Virus record (IMG/VR): IMGVR_UViG_3300035520_000308
Reading direction: 5' to 3' (one strand)
From: an uncultured virus (IMG/VR IMGVR_UViG_3300035520_000308)
Lineage: Duplodnaviria; Heunggongvirae; Uroviricota; Caudoviricetes
DNA: 64,000 nt
Part shown: piece by piece, positions 38,633 through 49,776 of the stretch
How positions within the stretch are numbered: position 1 is the stretch's first letter
Layout of the letters: the number at the start of each line of letters is the position of its first letter
The notes under the pieces: generated by a model
Seen by the model: only the letters and a program-made list of their open reading frames with translations
What the model was told of the DNA's origin: nothing
Database searches by the model: none
Translations under genes and position numbers: made by a program

Positions 38633-41600
38633 TTATATCAGCAGAGGACTTGTGCCTGTCGATATTGTTCTCTTATTGATTCCGTCTATCATTATGTCTT
38701 CAAGTTCTTTCGTACCAACATAAACCTTTATAACTTGCTGATTATTTGAGCTTGTTGCATTTGCACTTCTAATAGCATTATATACGGCTGTTGCAATACC
38801 TTGCGTTATCTGCTCATTGTTTGCTACGGCTGTCTTTCCGTTTGAAAATTTACCAACCAACTCACCTTGATTTGCCATGAATAATCCATCTTCTGGAAAA
38901 CCGCCAGTTTTGAATGTCGGTATTTGTGGCACTGGAAGAGGATTCTTGCCCCACAAACCGCTGAATGGCTTAACACTAAGAATCGTTACATCTCGTATTG
39001 AGTTGAGCAATCCATTAATTTCATCAAATGGGATTTTTATAACCTTATTAATTCCCTTAATTATTGTATTTGCAATTGTTTTAAATACACTCGATATAGC
39101 TCCTACAACTCCGCTAAAAATTTTACCTCCATTCTTGAACAAAGATAAAATTGAATCCCATACTCCGGACACAACATCTTTAAGCGTATTCCATATTCCG
39201 GAAAAGATTTCCTTTACTCCTTTCCATGCTCTACTCCAATCATTAGTAAATATGCCGAGTACAAAATCAATGATTCCATCAAGAATTGTTCTTGCATTAT
39301 TTATAACTTTTCCTATCGTTTCAAAAACATTTTTTACAATAGGCTCGAATGTAAGTTTTAATACGTTTGCAACTGGAAGAATCGCTCCATTCCATAATTC
39401 TTGTAACTGTTCTATTAAAAATTTGACAATTGGAATAACAGCAGTATTTAGAACAGCGACTAAAGTCTCAAAAGTTTTCGCAAACACGTCTCCAATGAAT
39501 TTAGCTAATGGAACACCTACTTTTTCCCACAAAAATGTAAGGGAATCTGAAACAACTTTAACTATAGGGGTAAATATACTGTCTAAAAGTTCTCCGAATG
39601 GAACAAATACGTTTTCCCATAAATTCTTAAGCACGTCTGTTAACATCGGAATTACAGTCTCACCAATATACATCAATGCAGGATTAAGCATATCTTGCCA
39701 TATACTTGTGAAAAGTCCTCCTACAAAATCTCCAATTGGTGATAATATTTCTAATAGCCTTTCCCATGCTCCTTGCAAATCTGGCAAAATAGTGCCAGTG
39801 AAATATTCTATTACTGGTTGTAAACTGTCAGAAATTGCATTAGCTGCTTCAAAAAAGCTGTCTCTTACCTCTTCATTCGTTGCGAATACTATCGCTAATC
39901 CTGCCGTAAGTGCCGATAATGACAATGCCACAATTCCACCTACACCAAAAACAGCCATAAAACATTCACCAACGCTGCCAGCACCGCCAGTAAGAAGAGC
40001 GAAAAATTCTCCAATTCCCCCTAAAATACCACCTTCCGCAAATAGACCTCCTATTCCAGAAATAATTCCAGAAATAACGCTAAAACTATTTTTAAACGGA
40101 TTTACGAAAAGTGTTACAAGTGAAGTACCAAACCCAACAATTGCAGGAAGAGCTAATATCCCAAGTATAGATGTTTCTATCGGTGCTACGCTAAACATTC
40201 CTTTCCATAGTTCTATTCCTGCGTTTATTGCCTCCCATATTAATTTACCAACACTTGATAAAACTGCTATCCAATTTATACCAGATAAAAACCCTCCAAT
40301 ATTTTGTCCTATTTTATACCAATTAACACTTGCTATTGCTTGTGCGAAAAAATCATTGAGACTCACGATTAGACTAGATACGTCTTGACCTGCTTTGAAA
40401 TAATCTCCGACAGAAAAATCAATTACGATATTTTTTAACGGCTCAAATGATTTTTCGATTGTATCTGCAAGCTCTTGCGCTCGATTCTCCATGTTATCAT
40501 ATGCTCTCTGCCAAACAGATTGATATTTATCAACAGTACTATTGAACGCACTTTCAAGTAATGCTCTTTCAGAATCATCAATTCCATTTGCCGAAGATGA
40601 AGAACTACTTGTACTGTCTGTCAGTTTCGTAGCCTCATCGAATCCAAGCATTTGGTTTTTGTATTCTTCTGCCGAACTTGCCGCATCCTCTAAATTGTCT
40701 GCCAAATCCTCGGTATCTTCAAGCAAGTCAGAATAATCTGCTCCTCCTACTGCGCTTGTTGTGTCCTTTAGCTTATCTGTTAATCCAGTAATTTCTCCAA
40801 ACCAAGAGAACAATCTTTGCAATGCAATAACAAGACCATTGATGTATGGAAGTACTTTCTGCAACATTGGAAGAAATAAATTTCCTATCGTCTGTCCTAG
40901 CAACTCAAAATTCGCAGTAATCAATCTTAACTGGTTTGCAGGCTGATTAATCGTATCAGCCAAATCTCCCCATGAATATTGAGTATCTTCAATCAAAATT
41001 ATTGTTCTTAAGAGTGCTTTGTCATTCTGATTTAAAGCTGTTATATTCGCCTCGATACCTAACTCATTCAGTTTTTGTTGCATATTTACATTTCTGATAT
41101 TTGCGCCATACTTGTCGACCGTTCTGCTCATACCTGCCAATGCCGAAGCCATATCGTCCCAAGTGTCTGCATAATCAAGATTTTTTACAGATGCCAAATC
41201 AGCTCCAAGCATTGTTAATGCCTGTGACATTTTCGTTGCCGTATCACTTGCAACACCCATAGATGATGACATCTGTGCGAACATGGCTTGATAATTCATT
41301 GTCTCTGACGGATTCATACCTAAACTTTGCTGACCTGTGGATTGCAGTGTTCCGCTTGATGAAACTGTAAATCCTGTCATTTTCTCTGTCAGTTCTTCTG
41401 TTCTTTCTTGGAATGAATTGGCATATTCTTCCGCACTCGCATAACCTAATTCTTGGAATGCGCTCAAATCTGCATTGCTTGATACCTGTTCAAATGCCGC
41501 ATCGAAATAGTTCAATACTTCAATGTAGTCCATTGATGATTCAATCGCAGACCATAATTTCTTTATTCCACGTATTACAAGGAACATCTTCGCATAAAAC

Positions 41601-42499
41601 ATTCCAAATGCAGAGGCTAACCCTTTTGTCTTCTTTGTCGCATTGGTCATGGATGTGGACATTGCATTCAGAGACCGAGTTGCCCTACTTCCATTCGCCG
41701 CGATATTGCCAAGTCCTTGTATCGTTGTTGCGATATTTGAATTAAGCTGTGGTGCGCTTTGAAGTCTCTGTAAAAGCCGCACAACACCATTTCCAAGTGC
41801 ATCAAGATTTGAAACTGTTGCCGCGGCTTTCTCACCTGTATTCGCTAATCGTGCGATAGCCTCTATTGTGGCTGAAATGCTTGAATCTATACTGTTTGCA
41901 CTTGATAAATTATTTGCAAGGCTTACCAATGCAGTACCAAGTCTCGGAAGTTCCGTTGTAACATTCCCGATATACTGACCGCTTTTCGCCAAAGTCGCAA
42001 GAGATGATACAAGACGTACAACATTTGAATTGATGTTATTTACGGAAGACATCTTATTCGCAAATGAGGATAATGCATTCCCCATTGCATTCAGCTTTGA
42101 GACGTCAAATCCGCTCATATCCACTCTTGCAAGGTTTTTGATTGCATTTATCGCAGGAGTGACACTTTGCAGATTTGCAACATTCCCAATCGCATTTAAG
42201 CCTCTACCTATCTGATTCATGGAGCTTGCAACTGTATTCAGATTGGAAGTGTTGATTTTTCCTAATTTCTCGATATTTGTCGCAAGCCTTGTGAAATCTG
42301 CCGTCTTTACATTTTTCATCCCTTGCATGGCATTGGACAGCTTGTTTACACCATTCGCAAGTCCAGTGATTGCACTTCCGTTAATTTTTCCAAGTGATGT
42401 AGAAAGAGTATTTAATTTTGTACATAATTCTTCAATTGATTTACTTGCTTTCGTAACTTCCGCTGATATTTTTATGTCCAAAGTGTCTATCGTAGCCAT
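38633..42499 (-). CDS. Tape measure protein
   Basis: 1288 aa, helical Ala/Asn-rich, periodic W/F repeats, C-terminal FKTGGFP..GE.VG...TAVANN.QI. Confidence 0.92.
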   Translation of the reverse strand: MATIDTLDIKISAEVTKASKSIEELCTKLNTLSTSLGKINGSAITGLANGVNKLSNAMQGMKNVKTADFTRLATNIEKLGKINTSNLNTVASSMNQIGRGLNAIGNVANLQSVTPAINAIKNLARVDMSGFDVSKLNAMGNALSSFANKMSSVNNINSNVVRLVSSLATLAKSGQYIGNVTTELPRLGTALVSLANNLSSANSIDSSISATIEAIARLANTGEKAAATVSNLDALGNGVVRLLQRLQSAPQLNSNIATTIQGLGNIAANGSRATRSLNAMSTSMTNATKKTKGLASAFGMFYAKMFLVIRGIKKLWSAIESSMDYIEVLNYFDAAFEQVSSNADLSAFQELGYASAEEYANSFQERTEELTEKMTGFTVSSSGTLQSTGQQSLGMNPSETMNYQAMFAQMSSSMGVASDTATKMSQALTMLGADLASVKNLDYADTWDDMASALAGMSRTVDKYGANIRNVNMQQKLNELGIEANITALNQNDKALLRTIILIEDTQYSWGDLADTINQPANQLRLITANFELLGQTIGNLFLPMLQKVLPYINGLVIALQRLFSWFGEITGLTDKLKDTTSAVGGADYSDLLEDTEDLADNLEDAASSAEEYKNQMLGFDEATKLTDSTSSSSSSANGIDDSERALLESAFNSTVDKYQSVWQRAYDNMENRAQELADTIEKSFEPLKNIVIDFSVGDYFKAGQDVSSLIVSLNDFFAQAIASVNWYKIGQNIGGFLSGINWIAVLSSVGKLIWEAINAGIELWKGMFSVAPIETSILGILALPAIVGFGTSLVTLFVNPFKNSFSVISGIISGIGGLFAEGGILGGIGEFFALLTGGAGSVGECFMAVFGVGGIVALSLSALTAGLAIVFATNEEVRDSFFEAANAISDSLQPVIEYFTGTILPDLQGAWERLLEILSPIGDFVGGLFTSIWQDMLNPALMYIGETVIPMLTDVLKNLWENVFVPFGELLDSIFTPIVKVVSDSLTFLWEKVGVPLAKFIGDVFAKTFETLVAVLNTAVIPIVKFLIEQLQELWNGAILPVANVLKLTFEPIVKNVFETIGKVINNARTILDGIIDFVLGIFTNDWSRAWKGVKEIFSGIWNTLKDVVSGVWDSILSLFKNGGKIFSGVVGAISSVFKTIANTIIKGINKVIKIPFDEINGLLNSIRDVTILSVKPFSGLWGKNPLPVPQIPTFKTGGFPEDGLFMANQGELVGKFSNGKTAVANNEQITQGIATAVYNAIRSANATSSNNQQVIKVYVGTKELEDIMIDGINKRTISTGTSPLLI

Positions 42500-42537
42500 A
42501 TCTCACTCACCTGCTAAAAATAAAATAGGATGATAGA

Positions 42538-42930
42538 CTATAACGCGCTATCATCCTTATGATGTCTTTGATTCCATGCCATTCTCGCCGATTTATGCTT
42601 AGCGAAGAACAAATCTACTTCTTTCTGTTTTTCTTCCTCTGTTAATTCTGCATTTCTCTGATTTGTGATTAAATCTTTTATGTATTCTGTCTTTGCTTTC
42701 TTTCCATTCAAACATATATCAAATGACGTAATAAAAGATGATATAGCATAATTCCCATATACGGCATGGATATACATATCTTTTTCCTTTAATTCCATCA
42801 TGTGTGCCTTTGCATATGGCTCTAAGTCAGCCGGACACATCCAATTGATATCATCTACTGTTATTCCATATCCTTTTGTTACATAAAGCCAAAATGGAAG
42901 CATCTCTTCTTGATATACTTCCCATGTCAA
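42538..42930 (-). CDS. Tail assembly chaperone, downstream frame (gpT-like)
   Basis: In the -1 frame from the slippery site in the upstream gene. Confidence 0.75.
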   Translation of the reverse strand: MTWEVYQEEMLPFWLYVTKGYGITVDDINWMCPADLEPYAKAHMMELKEKDMYIHAVYGNYAISSFITSFDICLNGKKAKTEYIKDLITNQRNAELTEEEKQKEVDLFFAKHKSARMAWNQRHHKDDSAL

Positions 42931-42962
42931 TTCCTTACGTTCTTCAAGGCTTTCTGATTCTT

Positions 42963-43352
42963 TTACTTCTTCTCCATTTCCTTGTTGAACAGACTTGATA
43001 AAAAACTGTTTTTCATCATTTCTTCTGTCAAACCATTATATAATTCTAAAAGGTCAGAAGTTTCATCATCGAAGTAATCATCAATCATGCCGAACACTTT
43101 CGATAACTGTTCATCTTTTCCCTCATTATTGTCATAATTATAACCAAACTCATCTCTGTGGAATTTCTGCAATCCCACTAAGAGAATCTCCGGCAACAAC
43201 AACATCATATCCTCAACCTTTAACAGATTTTCTTCTGTGTTCTTCGCCTCTTTCTCCATTTTCGCCAACTTTGAAATCAATCTTCCCTTTAATGTTGGCT
43301 CATATGCAAACTGCACGTTAAATTCCTTATCTCCGATTTTCAAATTCATCAT
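42963..43352 (-). CDS. Tail assembly chaperone (gpG-like)
   Basis: Between major tail protein and TMP; T TTT TTA slippery heptamer near the 3' end. Confidence 0.8.
   Translation of the reverse strand: MMNLKIGDKEFNVQFAYEPTLKGRLISKLAKMEKEAKNTEENLLKVEDMMLLLPEILLVGLQKFHRDEFGYNYDNNEGKDEQLSKVFGMIDDYFDDETSDLLELYNGLTEEMMKNSFLSSLFNKEMEKK
42999..43005 (-). other. Programmed -1 frameshift site TTTTTTA
   Basis: -1 frame reads open (IKSVQQGNGEEVKESESLEERKELTWE) into ORF 42538-42930. Confidence 0.8.
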
Positions 43353-43513
43353 ATCTTTTTACCTTTCCCTTTCACTATTTCTTTTTATGGGGAAAGGGGC
43401 AGTATTTCTACCGCCCCATAACCTTGCTAAATTTTAAATATAGTCCTCTCCAGTGTTAATGGTATTTGTGCTATCCTCTGCCACTGGCTCATCATCATTC
43501 AGAGAATAGCTTG

Positions 43514-43996
43514 TTATTCCCCCGATGCTGTCGGAGCTGTTGGCTTAACTGCCTTGATATCATCCGGTAAGTCAACAAGTGTGTTTGTTATGCTGTACTG
43601 CAATACGTTTCCAACTGCAAATTCTGGTTTCGGAAGTGAGCCCGGCTCTACGATATATACGCACATATTTGTTTTTCCCGGATGATATGCGCAAAACCAC
43701 ATAGCCTGCGTACTTGTTTTAGAATTATAGGATGCCAGCATTTCTTTCCACTGGGTATCGAAAGTATCAGTATCATTGAATACTGTTGTCAGCTCACCGC
43801 CAGTGTCCTCATGTCCACCAACATATTTCTTTCTTTTTGATTCAAGCGGTGTTGCATCGAGATTATCCTTAGACACACTAACTTCGCTAATGCTGATACA
43901 TTCCTCAATCTGTGTCCACGTTGTAGGAGCTGTTGTCAATGTGCCAAGTCCCCAACCGAAGATAACCCCAATGGTGCTTAAAGCCTGTTCTGCCAT
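43514..43996 (-). CDS. Major tail protein
   Basis: LDATPLE...YVGGHEDTGG motif; position. Confidence 0.8.
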   Translation of the reverse strand: MAEQALSTIGVIFGWGLGTLTTAPTTWTQIEECISISEVSVSKDNLDATPLESKRKKYVGGHEDTGGELTTVFNDTDTFDTQWKEMLASYNSKTSTQAMWFCAYHPGKTNMCVYIVEPGSLPKPEFAVGNVLQYSITNTLVDLPDDIKAVKPTAPTASGE

Positions 43997-44056
43997 AATT
44001 TATTACCTCTTTCTTTTTCACAAAAAAATAAGAGCATTTCTGCTCTTGATTAATAG

Positions 44057-44476
44057 TTACCACTTTATGATGTCTGAAGCTCCAATCAATCTTGAATACC
44101 TCGCAACATATCTGTATTCATCTGTGCTTTCATAATCCGGATATGGCTCACCCATCACGGAAAACTTTAGATTTCCTGTCATTATATCTGCTATGTAATT
44201 GGAGATTTCATCACAGATACTTTCACTTACATTACTGTACACTTCAATCTGGAATGTTGTAAGAATGGCATTTACGCCTTTTTTGTCAAGTGTCTGTCCT
44301 TCCTCTGTTCCTGGCAATTTCTTAATAAGCACATATGGAAATTTCGGTGTGGTCTTCCGTTTTAATTCTGTACCGCAGTTAATGTTTGAGTACTTGCTTT
44401 TGAATTTCGCAAGTACCCTTGTATTAATCGCAGTATACACATTACTTTTTATGGCACTTGTCCACATTTTAATCAC
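44057..44476 (-). CDS. Tail terminator-like protein
   Basis: FPYV, FQIEVYS, RYVARY; position. Confidence 0.65.
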   Translation of the reverse strand: MIKMWTSAIKSNVYTAINTRVLAKFKSKYSNINCGTELKRKTTPKFPYVLIKKLPGTEEGQTLDKKGVNAILTTFQIEVYSNVSESICDEISNYIADIMTGNLKFSVMGEPYPDYESTDEYRYVARYSRLIGASDIIKW

Positions 44477-45036
44477 CTACTCCCAAATACTTCTTTTATC
44501 ACACTTGGTGCTTTTTTACACATAAGTGTTAAAGCATTGTACATAGGCATTGTGGCTTTTGTACCATGCGTAAGTATTAAATCTCCACTTTCATTCCTAT
44601 AACCCCAAACTTTCTTTTTTCCGTTTCCGTCTCCATATGAGCCTATGACTAAACCAAGTTCATTTCCCTTTGGATTTGGACTTTGACCGACTGCACCGTT
44701 ATAAAATACACCGGAGCCAAATTCTATGAATGCGATTTCTTTTCCACTGACAATTAAGTCTGCGTGTGCATATCCACTCAATGATGTTACATTGATTGTG
44801 GAATAATGTTCAACATTTGAGCCACTTTCAATATAACTTCCATTTTCCGTCATTTCATAAGTAGTACCGGCTTTTGCGATATCTTTTTCAGCCTCTTCCA
44901 ATCCGATTTGCGCAAGTTTTTTCACAACTTCCTCACATTTCTTTGTGAGGTTATTTGAATATGATTGCAAGTCTTTCTTTAGTTGTTCAATGGATGATTG
45001 GGAAAGAAGATTGCATTTGAATGTTTTCTTTGCCAT
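44473..45036 (-). CDS. Neck/tail completion protein (HK97 gp10-like)
   Basis: AFIEFGSG, THGTKATMPMYNA. Confidence 0.65.
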   Translation of the reverse strand: MAKKTFKCNLLSQSSIEQLKKDLQSYSNNLTKKCEEVVKKLAQIGLEEAEKDIAKAGTTYEMTENGSYIESGSNVEHYSTINVTSLSGYAHADLIVSGKEIAFIEFGSGVFYNGAVGQSPNPKGNELGLVIGSYGDGNGKKKVWGYRNESGDLILTHGTKATMPMYNALTLMCKKAPSVIKEVFGSR

Positions 45037-45043
45037 ATTCCAC

Positions 45044-45478
45044 CTACTTTGTTAATGCTTTCAGCGCATATTTTGTAAAATTAATGCTTTCAGAAACTTT
45101 CACAACGACATAATCGGCACTGGAACTGTCCACAATGGTCTTATTTTCGTCTTTATAGACAATTTCTGACTTATGCCATATTAATGTACCCTCTACTATC
45201 GGATATGCGTTTTTAGGGCATATACACGTTGCATCATAGTCACTTGTGGAAATTCCATAGGCTTTATCTTCCGTTTCCCCACCACTCATGGAAAGACTTG
45301 AATGGAACTCTTCCGGCTCGGAATATCCAATTTCTGTTTCCCCTGTCGTAACCGGTACAAGATTTCCGTCAATCGGTACGTATTGGATATTCCCATCATC
45401 ATCCGTTTCATAAACCGGCACTTCATCTGTTTGCACAGAATAGTACATCTTCTGCTGATTTCTCCTAGAAAGTCGCAT
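45044..45478 (-). CDS. Head closure protein
   Basis: Position and size. Confidence 0.55.
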   Translation of the reverse strand: MRLSRRNQQKMYYSVQTDEVPVYETDDDGNIQYVPIDGNLVPVTTGETEIGYSEPEEFHSSLSMSGGETEDKAYGISTSDYDATCICPKNAYPIVEGTLIWHKSEIVYKDENKTIVDSSSADYVVVKVSESINFTKYALKALTK

Positions 45479-45484
45479 ATGATA

Positions 45485-45739
45485 TCACTCCTCAAAAAGA
45501 ACAACATCTTCCATGACCGCTCTTGCCTCCAAAACTGCAATGTAATCCGTCATTGCTTTTATCTGCATATTGTAAGTGCTTCTTGGACAAGTAGGGTTAA
45601 AGTTCAATTCTCCATTATCCCACTTGTCAAGCATTGTTTTCAGTTTCTGATAGCGAATAACAACTTGCTGATATTCAGCTTTAAATCTTTCTTTATAATC
45701 AGCACTATTCATCATTTCAATAGTATCTTTCAATTCCAT
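45485..45739 (-). CDS. Conserved phage protein (crAss001_48-like)
   Basis: MMNSADYKERFKAEYQQ...QIKAM..Y..VLEARA; start after AAAGGAG. Confidence 0.65.
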   Translation of the reverse strand: MELKDTIEMMNSADYKERFKAEYQQVVIRYQKLKTMLDKWDNGELNFNPTCPRSTYNMQIKAMTDYIAVLEARAVMEDVVLFEE

Positions 45740-45855
45740 AATTTGCTCCTTTCTGATTTTAGATAAATTCCACAGCCCACCTCCGCTTAATGTGAAATAC
45801 CCTGCAACATTCTGCCATATAAAATATAACAAAACATCACGCACAGACTTCTTAT

Positions 45856-46227
45856 CTAAAATCTTGATAACGGAATGATTCCGCTAAACAATTTATCTCT
45901 GTCAATATTTGTTCTGTTGACCGAATTTTCGCTGTGGCTTGATTCAAATTCACTTCCGGTGTTGTTATAGTCATACAATGCGATATTTCTGATATTGGAA
46001 TAGTAATCATACATATCCTGATTGACCATATCATCCGTATAATGTGAAGGATATTTTCTTGCTCGTTTTACTTCTCGCAATGCGTTCCGGACTTTTAAGA
46101 GCAGGATTTTTTCATTGAACAACTCATCATCCTCGGATATTTCATCTGTCAAATCTGCAACAATTTCCTGTTCCAAAGTCAAATTCATCCCATCGTCAAT
46201 ATCTGTCGTTTCCATTGATTCATCCAT
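45856..46227 (-). CDS. Head-tail adaptor
   Basis: YN..G.E..SSHSENSVNRT motif. Confidence 0.7.
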   Translation of the reverse strand: MDESMETTDIDDGMNLTLEQEIVADLTDEISEDDELFNEKILLLKVRNALREVKRARKYPSHYTDDMVNQDMYDYYSNIRNIALYDYNNTGSEFESSHSENSVNRTNIDRDKLFSGIIPLSRF

Positions 46228-46248
46228 GCTCTCACATCCTCTCTGTGT

Positions 46249-46542
46249 TTATAATCCGTAAAACTCAATCAGTTCCTTTTTCAAGTCGCTGCCGCTCTTG
46301 TTCTCCACGTCTGAAAGATTTTCCTTTGTCGCAAGTTCTTTCAGTTCTGCGGTGGATAATCGGTTGATGTCAGTTTTCGTGTAATTTGTTTCTGCGTTTT
46401 CTACTGATGGATCCAAAACAAGAGCAGATTCGACTTTAACTTCATTCTCTTCAATCCTAACCCATCCGTTATTTAAAAAGGCGGCAAGCTGATTTTCATC
46501 TCTTACCGCCATAGTTGCATTGTCTTTTCTAAGTCTAATCAC
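46249..46542 (-). CDS. Small head-associated protein with HeH/Rho-N-like C-terminus
   Basis: LSTAELKELA...KKELI. Confidence 0.55.
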   Translation of the reverse strand: MIRLRKDNATMAVRDENQLAAFLNNGWVRIEENEVKVESALVLDPSVENAETNYTKTDINRLSTAELKELATKENLSDVENKSGSDLKKELIEFYGL

Positions 46543-46565
46543 TATGGATTACCCCCATTTCCTGA

Positions 46566-47417
46566 TTATTCTGCACTCTTATGTACTGCAATGGCATCTG
46601 CCTTCTTGTCAAGTACGAAAGCATCATATCTCACTCTCGCCTCTACAAGTGCGCCGCTGATTCCTGGTGCATCATAATTGATTTTGAACTCCTGTAATTT
46701 AACCGGGGATGGTGTGGCAATTGGATTTGTGATGAAGAAATCTACATTAGCCGGCATATAGGATGTCGGTACTTTGATAGCCGGAACTCCATCAATATCT
46801 CCAACAATTCCATTGATTGCCAACTGCGTTGCCATATCGCCCCACTTTGTGAAGTGGTCATCCAACTTAATCTTGTTCAGATATGCCGGTGTAACGACTG
46901 CAATTCTTCCGCCCTGCGGAGCTTTATCATCGTCAAGAATCTCCTGCAATGCAAGAAACTCTTCATATGCATTTGAAGAAGTAACTGCCTTAACGATAAT
47001 GTGGCTCGCTTTGGAAACTGTTCCTTCTGTCGGAGCCTTTGAAACGATAACTCCAATTCTGTATGCATCCATTGCCGGAATAACAAGATTGTCAATATTC
47101 TCTGCCAATGTAGCGGCTGCTTCCATTGTTCCATTGGTATCCTGTTCGGATGCCGCATCAATGGTATAGGTAAATGCCTTATCCTGCGTTACTGTCATTT
47201 CCTGCTCTGCGTTGCCAAGTTCGCCCGGGTCGCCGTATCTGTTGCTTCCTGTCAGCTTATAGTCATTTAATGTCGCCAAATTCCGGCTGAATACTTTTAC
47301 TGTCTTAACTCCAAGCCAATCAAAACTGTCATTGATTAATGCCTCTGTAAGTGAGCCTAACTTGAATCTTTCATCTACGATGTTACTATACTTTGTTGCG
47401 TAATTAATTGTTGCCAT
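46566..47417 (-). CDS. Major capsid protein
   Basis: TVTQDKAFTYTID, RIAVVTP, GDIDGVP, RVRYDAFVL; follows scaffold. Confidence 0.88.
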   Translation of the reverse strand: MATINYATKYSNIVDERFKLGSLTEALINDSFDWLGVKTVKVFSRNLATLNDYKLTGSNRYGDPGELGNAEQEMTVTQDKAFTYTIDAASEQDTNGTMEAAATLAENIDNLVIPAMDAYRIGVIVSKAPTEGTVSKASHIIVKAVTSSNAYEEFLALQEILDDDKAPQGGRIAVVTPAYLNKIKLDDHFTKWGDMATQLAINGIVGDIDGVPAIKVPTSYMPANVDFFITNPIATPSPVKLQEFKINYDAPGISGALVEARVRYDAFVLDKKADAIAVHKSAE

Positions 47418-47433
47418 AGTCTTTTACCTCCAA

Positions 47434-48033
47434 CTATTTTTTATTTGCTTTAAATCTAGGATTTACGGAACTAAAGCCTTTTACAAACGCATCTTCCGGC
47501 TCTTCTCCGCCTCCGCTACCTGCCTGTACCGGTGGTCTGTTCTTAATGAACTCCGCCTCATACTCTTTATGTTTTCTAGCCTCTACTTCCGCCATGATTT
47601 TGATTTTTGCCTCTTTGTCATCGTCAACCTCTGCGATAGCCATTCTTTCTGCTTCACTGGCGGTATATTTCATGATTCCGAGATATTCCTTTTCGAGTTT
47701 GAAAATCTTATTTTCCCGAACAGTTTTATTCCACTCTTCTTCTCTCTCTGCCTCTTTTTCAGCCTTTTCAATGCTTGCCTTTTCCTTTTCAGAAAGAGTT
47801 GCATTATATTTTTTCTTGTATTCAGCAGCCTCACTTGCTGCCTTTTCCTGCGCCTTTTTCACTTTTGCCAATTCGTTCATTAATTCCTGCACGGTTGGCT
47901 CTTTTGGCTCTTCAACTACAGTTTCCTCAGGCTTTACTTCCTGTTCTTCAACTACAGTTTCCGGTGCGTTTTCTTCTGCTGATTCAGCAAAAAGTTGCAA
48001 ATGCATTGGGATTGTTTTGATTTCTTTGCTCAT
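47434..48033 (-). CDS. Capsid scaffolding protein
   Basis: LQLFAE N-terminal motif, charged coiled coil. Confidence 0.8.
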   Translation of the reverse strand: MSKEIKTIPMHLQLFAESAEENAPETVVEEQEVKPEETVVEEPKEPTVQELMNELAKVKKAQEKAASEAAEYKKKYNATLSEKEKASIEKAEKEAEREEEWNKTVRENKIFKLEKEYLGIMKYTASEAERMAIAEVDDDKEAKIKIMAEVEARKHKEYEAEFIKNRPPVQAGSGGGEEPEDAFVKGFSSVNPRFKANKK

Positions 48034-48186
48034 TTTTAATACCTCGTCTTTCTGCGTTTTTATGTGTTCCCTCACAATTTTGTTTGCGATTTGCGGTTTC
48101 CCTACCGTTTTCTTTGCGTTTGATTAATGTCAGTTCCCTCTGACAATATAAAAAGAGAGATGTAAATGCATCTCTCTTGATAATCA

Positions 48187-49767
48187 TTATTCTTCCGGCT
48201 CTGTTAATTCCTCGTTGCCTTTCCCATCAACATATGGGCTGTTTGTAATCTGTGCCAACATGCCGCCGTCTGCGTTTCCACTTTCCTCAACATCTTTTTT
48301 GTTGTCTGATTTGTCAAATATGGATGATTGGTATTTATCAATCAAATCTTTGCTATCTGCGTAAACTTGATTTGGGTCTTCAAACAGATTTACGCTCTTG
48401 ATTGCATGGAGACCATCAATTCCGTGCGAAAGCAGATTTCCAAGTGTTGTACTTTTTGTAACCATCTCATAAGTTTTCTGACGTTTGAAGTTCGGCTGCA
48501 CATCGCATGGTTTTAATTTCAATAGCGGACTATCTTGTGGAACAAACTGCGATACCTCTATTGCCTTTAAAACCACCCTGACTTCCTCCATTTTGCATGA
48601 ATCGGAAATACTCTGTTCTTTGCACGCATCATTTTCTGCATCTTCCCATCCGGCAGCCTGCGATGTTGCCATTCCGGTTGAATTACTCGCATCTGTTCTG
48701 TTCGGAACATGGCATTTTTCAAGTATTCTACTTCTTGCATACTGGTAATTCCCAAGCATACCGGAATAATTATACTCAACAGTTAGTGGCTTGATAAATG
48801 GAGTTTTCCCATCCTGTGATGTGAATGTGAGTAACCAATCTCCATTGCTCGGATGTTTCTCATTTCCATTTTCATCAACTGGAAATTCCACATCATTTCC
48901 ATGCCATACAGCCTGCGTTGTTTGGTCTACATCATTAAGCAAGTCGCTCCACAAGAGATTCAGATGATTCATTTCATCAATCTGACGTTCAAAGCATCCC
49001 ATCCTGTCATGTGACCGTTTCCATTCGATAATTGGAATCATTCCTAATGGATTTTTTTCTCCACTCCTCTGTTCTTCTTTCCATCTGTCAGAATCTTCCC
49101 AGTCTCTCTTGGATTCATTTACTACTTTCCCATTCTCAAATCTTGCCATATTCAGTATTTCAAATCTGTCATCCTTTGTAAAACAGGTAAAGTGGTAATT
49201 TCCAATATCATCTTTCCGGAAAGTAACTCCAATCATTGGTCTGTGGTCAATATAATAGCTTGATTGAATAATAAATGCACATCTTGGGTCTAAAACATTG
49301 ACATTGAAATAGCTATCTCCGTCTGCATACTCTATGTTGATGTCCACAAATGTATAGCCAATTCCGCAGATTTCTATGAATCTTGCAAGCTGTTGTGTTT
49401 TTGACTTATTTCCGTCTGTTTCGTAGCACTCATTCAGAAGTGAGATTGCAAGCGCCTCATTTTCTCCACCGCTATCTTTTTCGCCTCGCTGCACCAATGT
49501 GATAGGATTTCCCCAATTGAATCCCAGTTTAAACTCTGTGATTTCATTCGCCACATTATCCACATTCTGAAAATCAATATCAGGCCTGTATTTCTTTTCC
49601 ACTTTCCTCTGTAAAGGCTGTTCCCCCTCTTCATATCGAAGAAGAAAATCACATTCACTGGCAATCTGCGTAAAAACCAGCATAGCCTTTTGAAGAATCG
49701 GTATGATATTTTCTCTCGTTATCACATTCTCATACGTGAATATTTGCTTTCTTCCTCGTTTCAGCAT
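48187..49767 (-). CDS. SPP1-like portal protein
   Basis: 526 aa; NVANEI.EFK.GF..GNPI, CG.GY, IPIIE, STGMA. Confidence 0.85.
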   Translation of the reverse strand: MLKRGRKQIFTYENVITRENIIPILQKAMLVFTQIASECDFLLRYEEGEQPLQRKVEKKYRPDIDFQNVDNVANEITEFKLGFNWGNPITLVQRGEKDSGGENEALAISLLNECYETDGNKSKTQQLARFIEICGIGYTFVDINIEYADGDSYFNVNVLDPRCAFIIQSSYYIDHRPMIGVTFRKDDIGNYHFTCFTKDDRFEILNMARFENGKVVNESKRDWEDSDRWKEEQRSGEKNPLGMIPIIEWKRSHDRMGCFERQIDEMNHLNLLWSDLLNDVDQTTQAVWHGNDVEFPVDENGNEKHPSNGDWLLTFTSQDGKTPFIKPLTVEYNYSGMLGNYQYARSRILEKCHVPNRTDASNSTGMATSQAAGWEDAENDACKEQSISDSCKMEEVRVVLKAIEVSQFVPQDSPLLKLKPCDVQPNFKRQKTYEMVTKSTTLGNLLSHGIDGLHAIKSVNLFEDPNQVYADSKDLIDKYQSSIFDKSDNKKDVEESGNADGGMLAQITNSPYVDGKGNEELTEPEE

Positions 49768-49776
49768 TTCACACCT

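Noticed and set aside
38877..40388. 503-aa plus-strand ORF
   Set aside because: Antisense shadow of the tape measure gene
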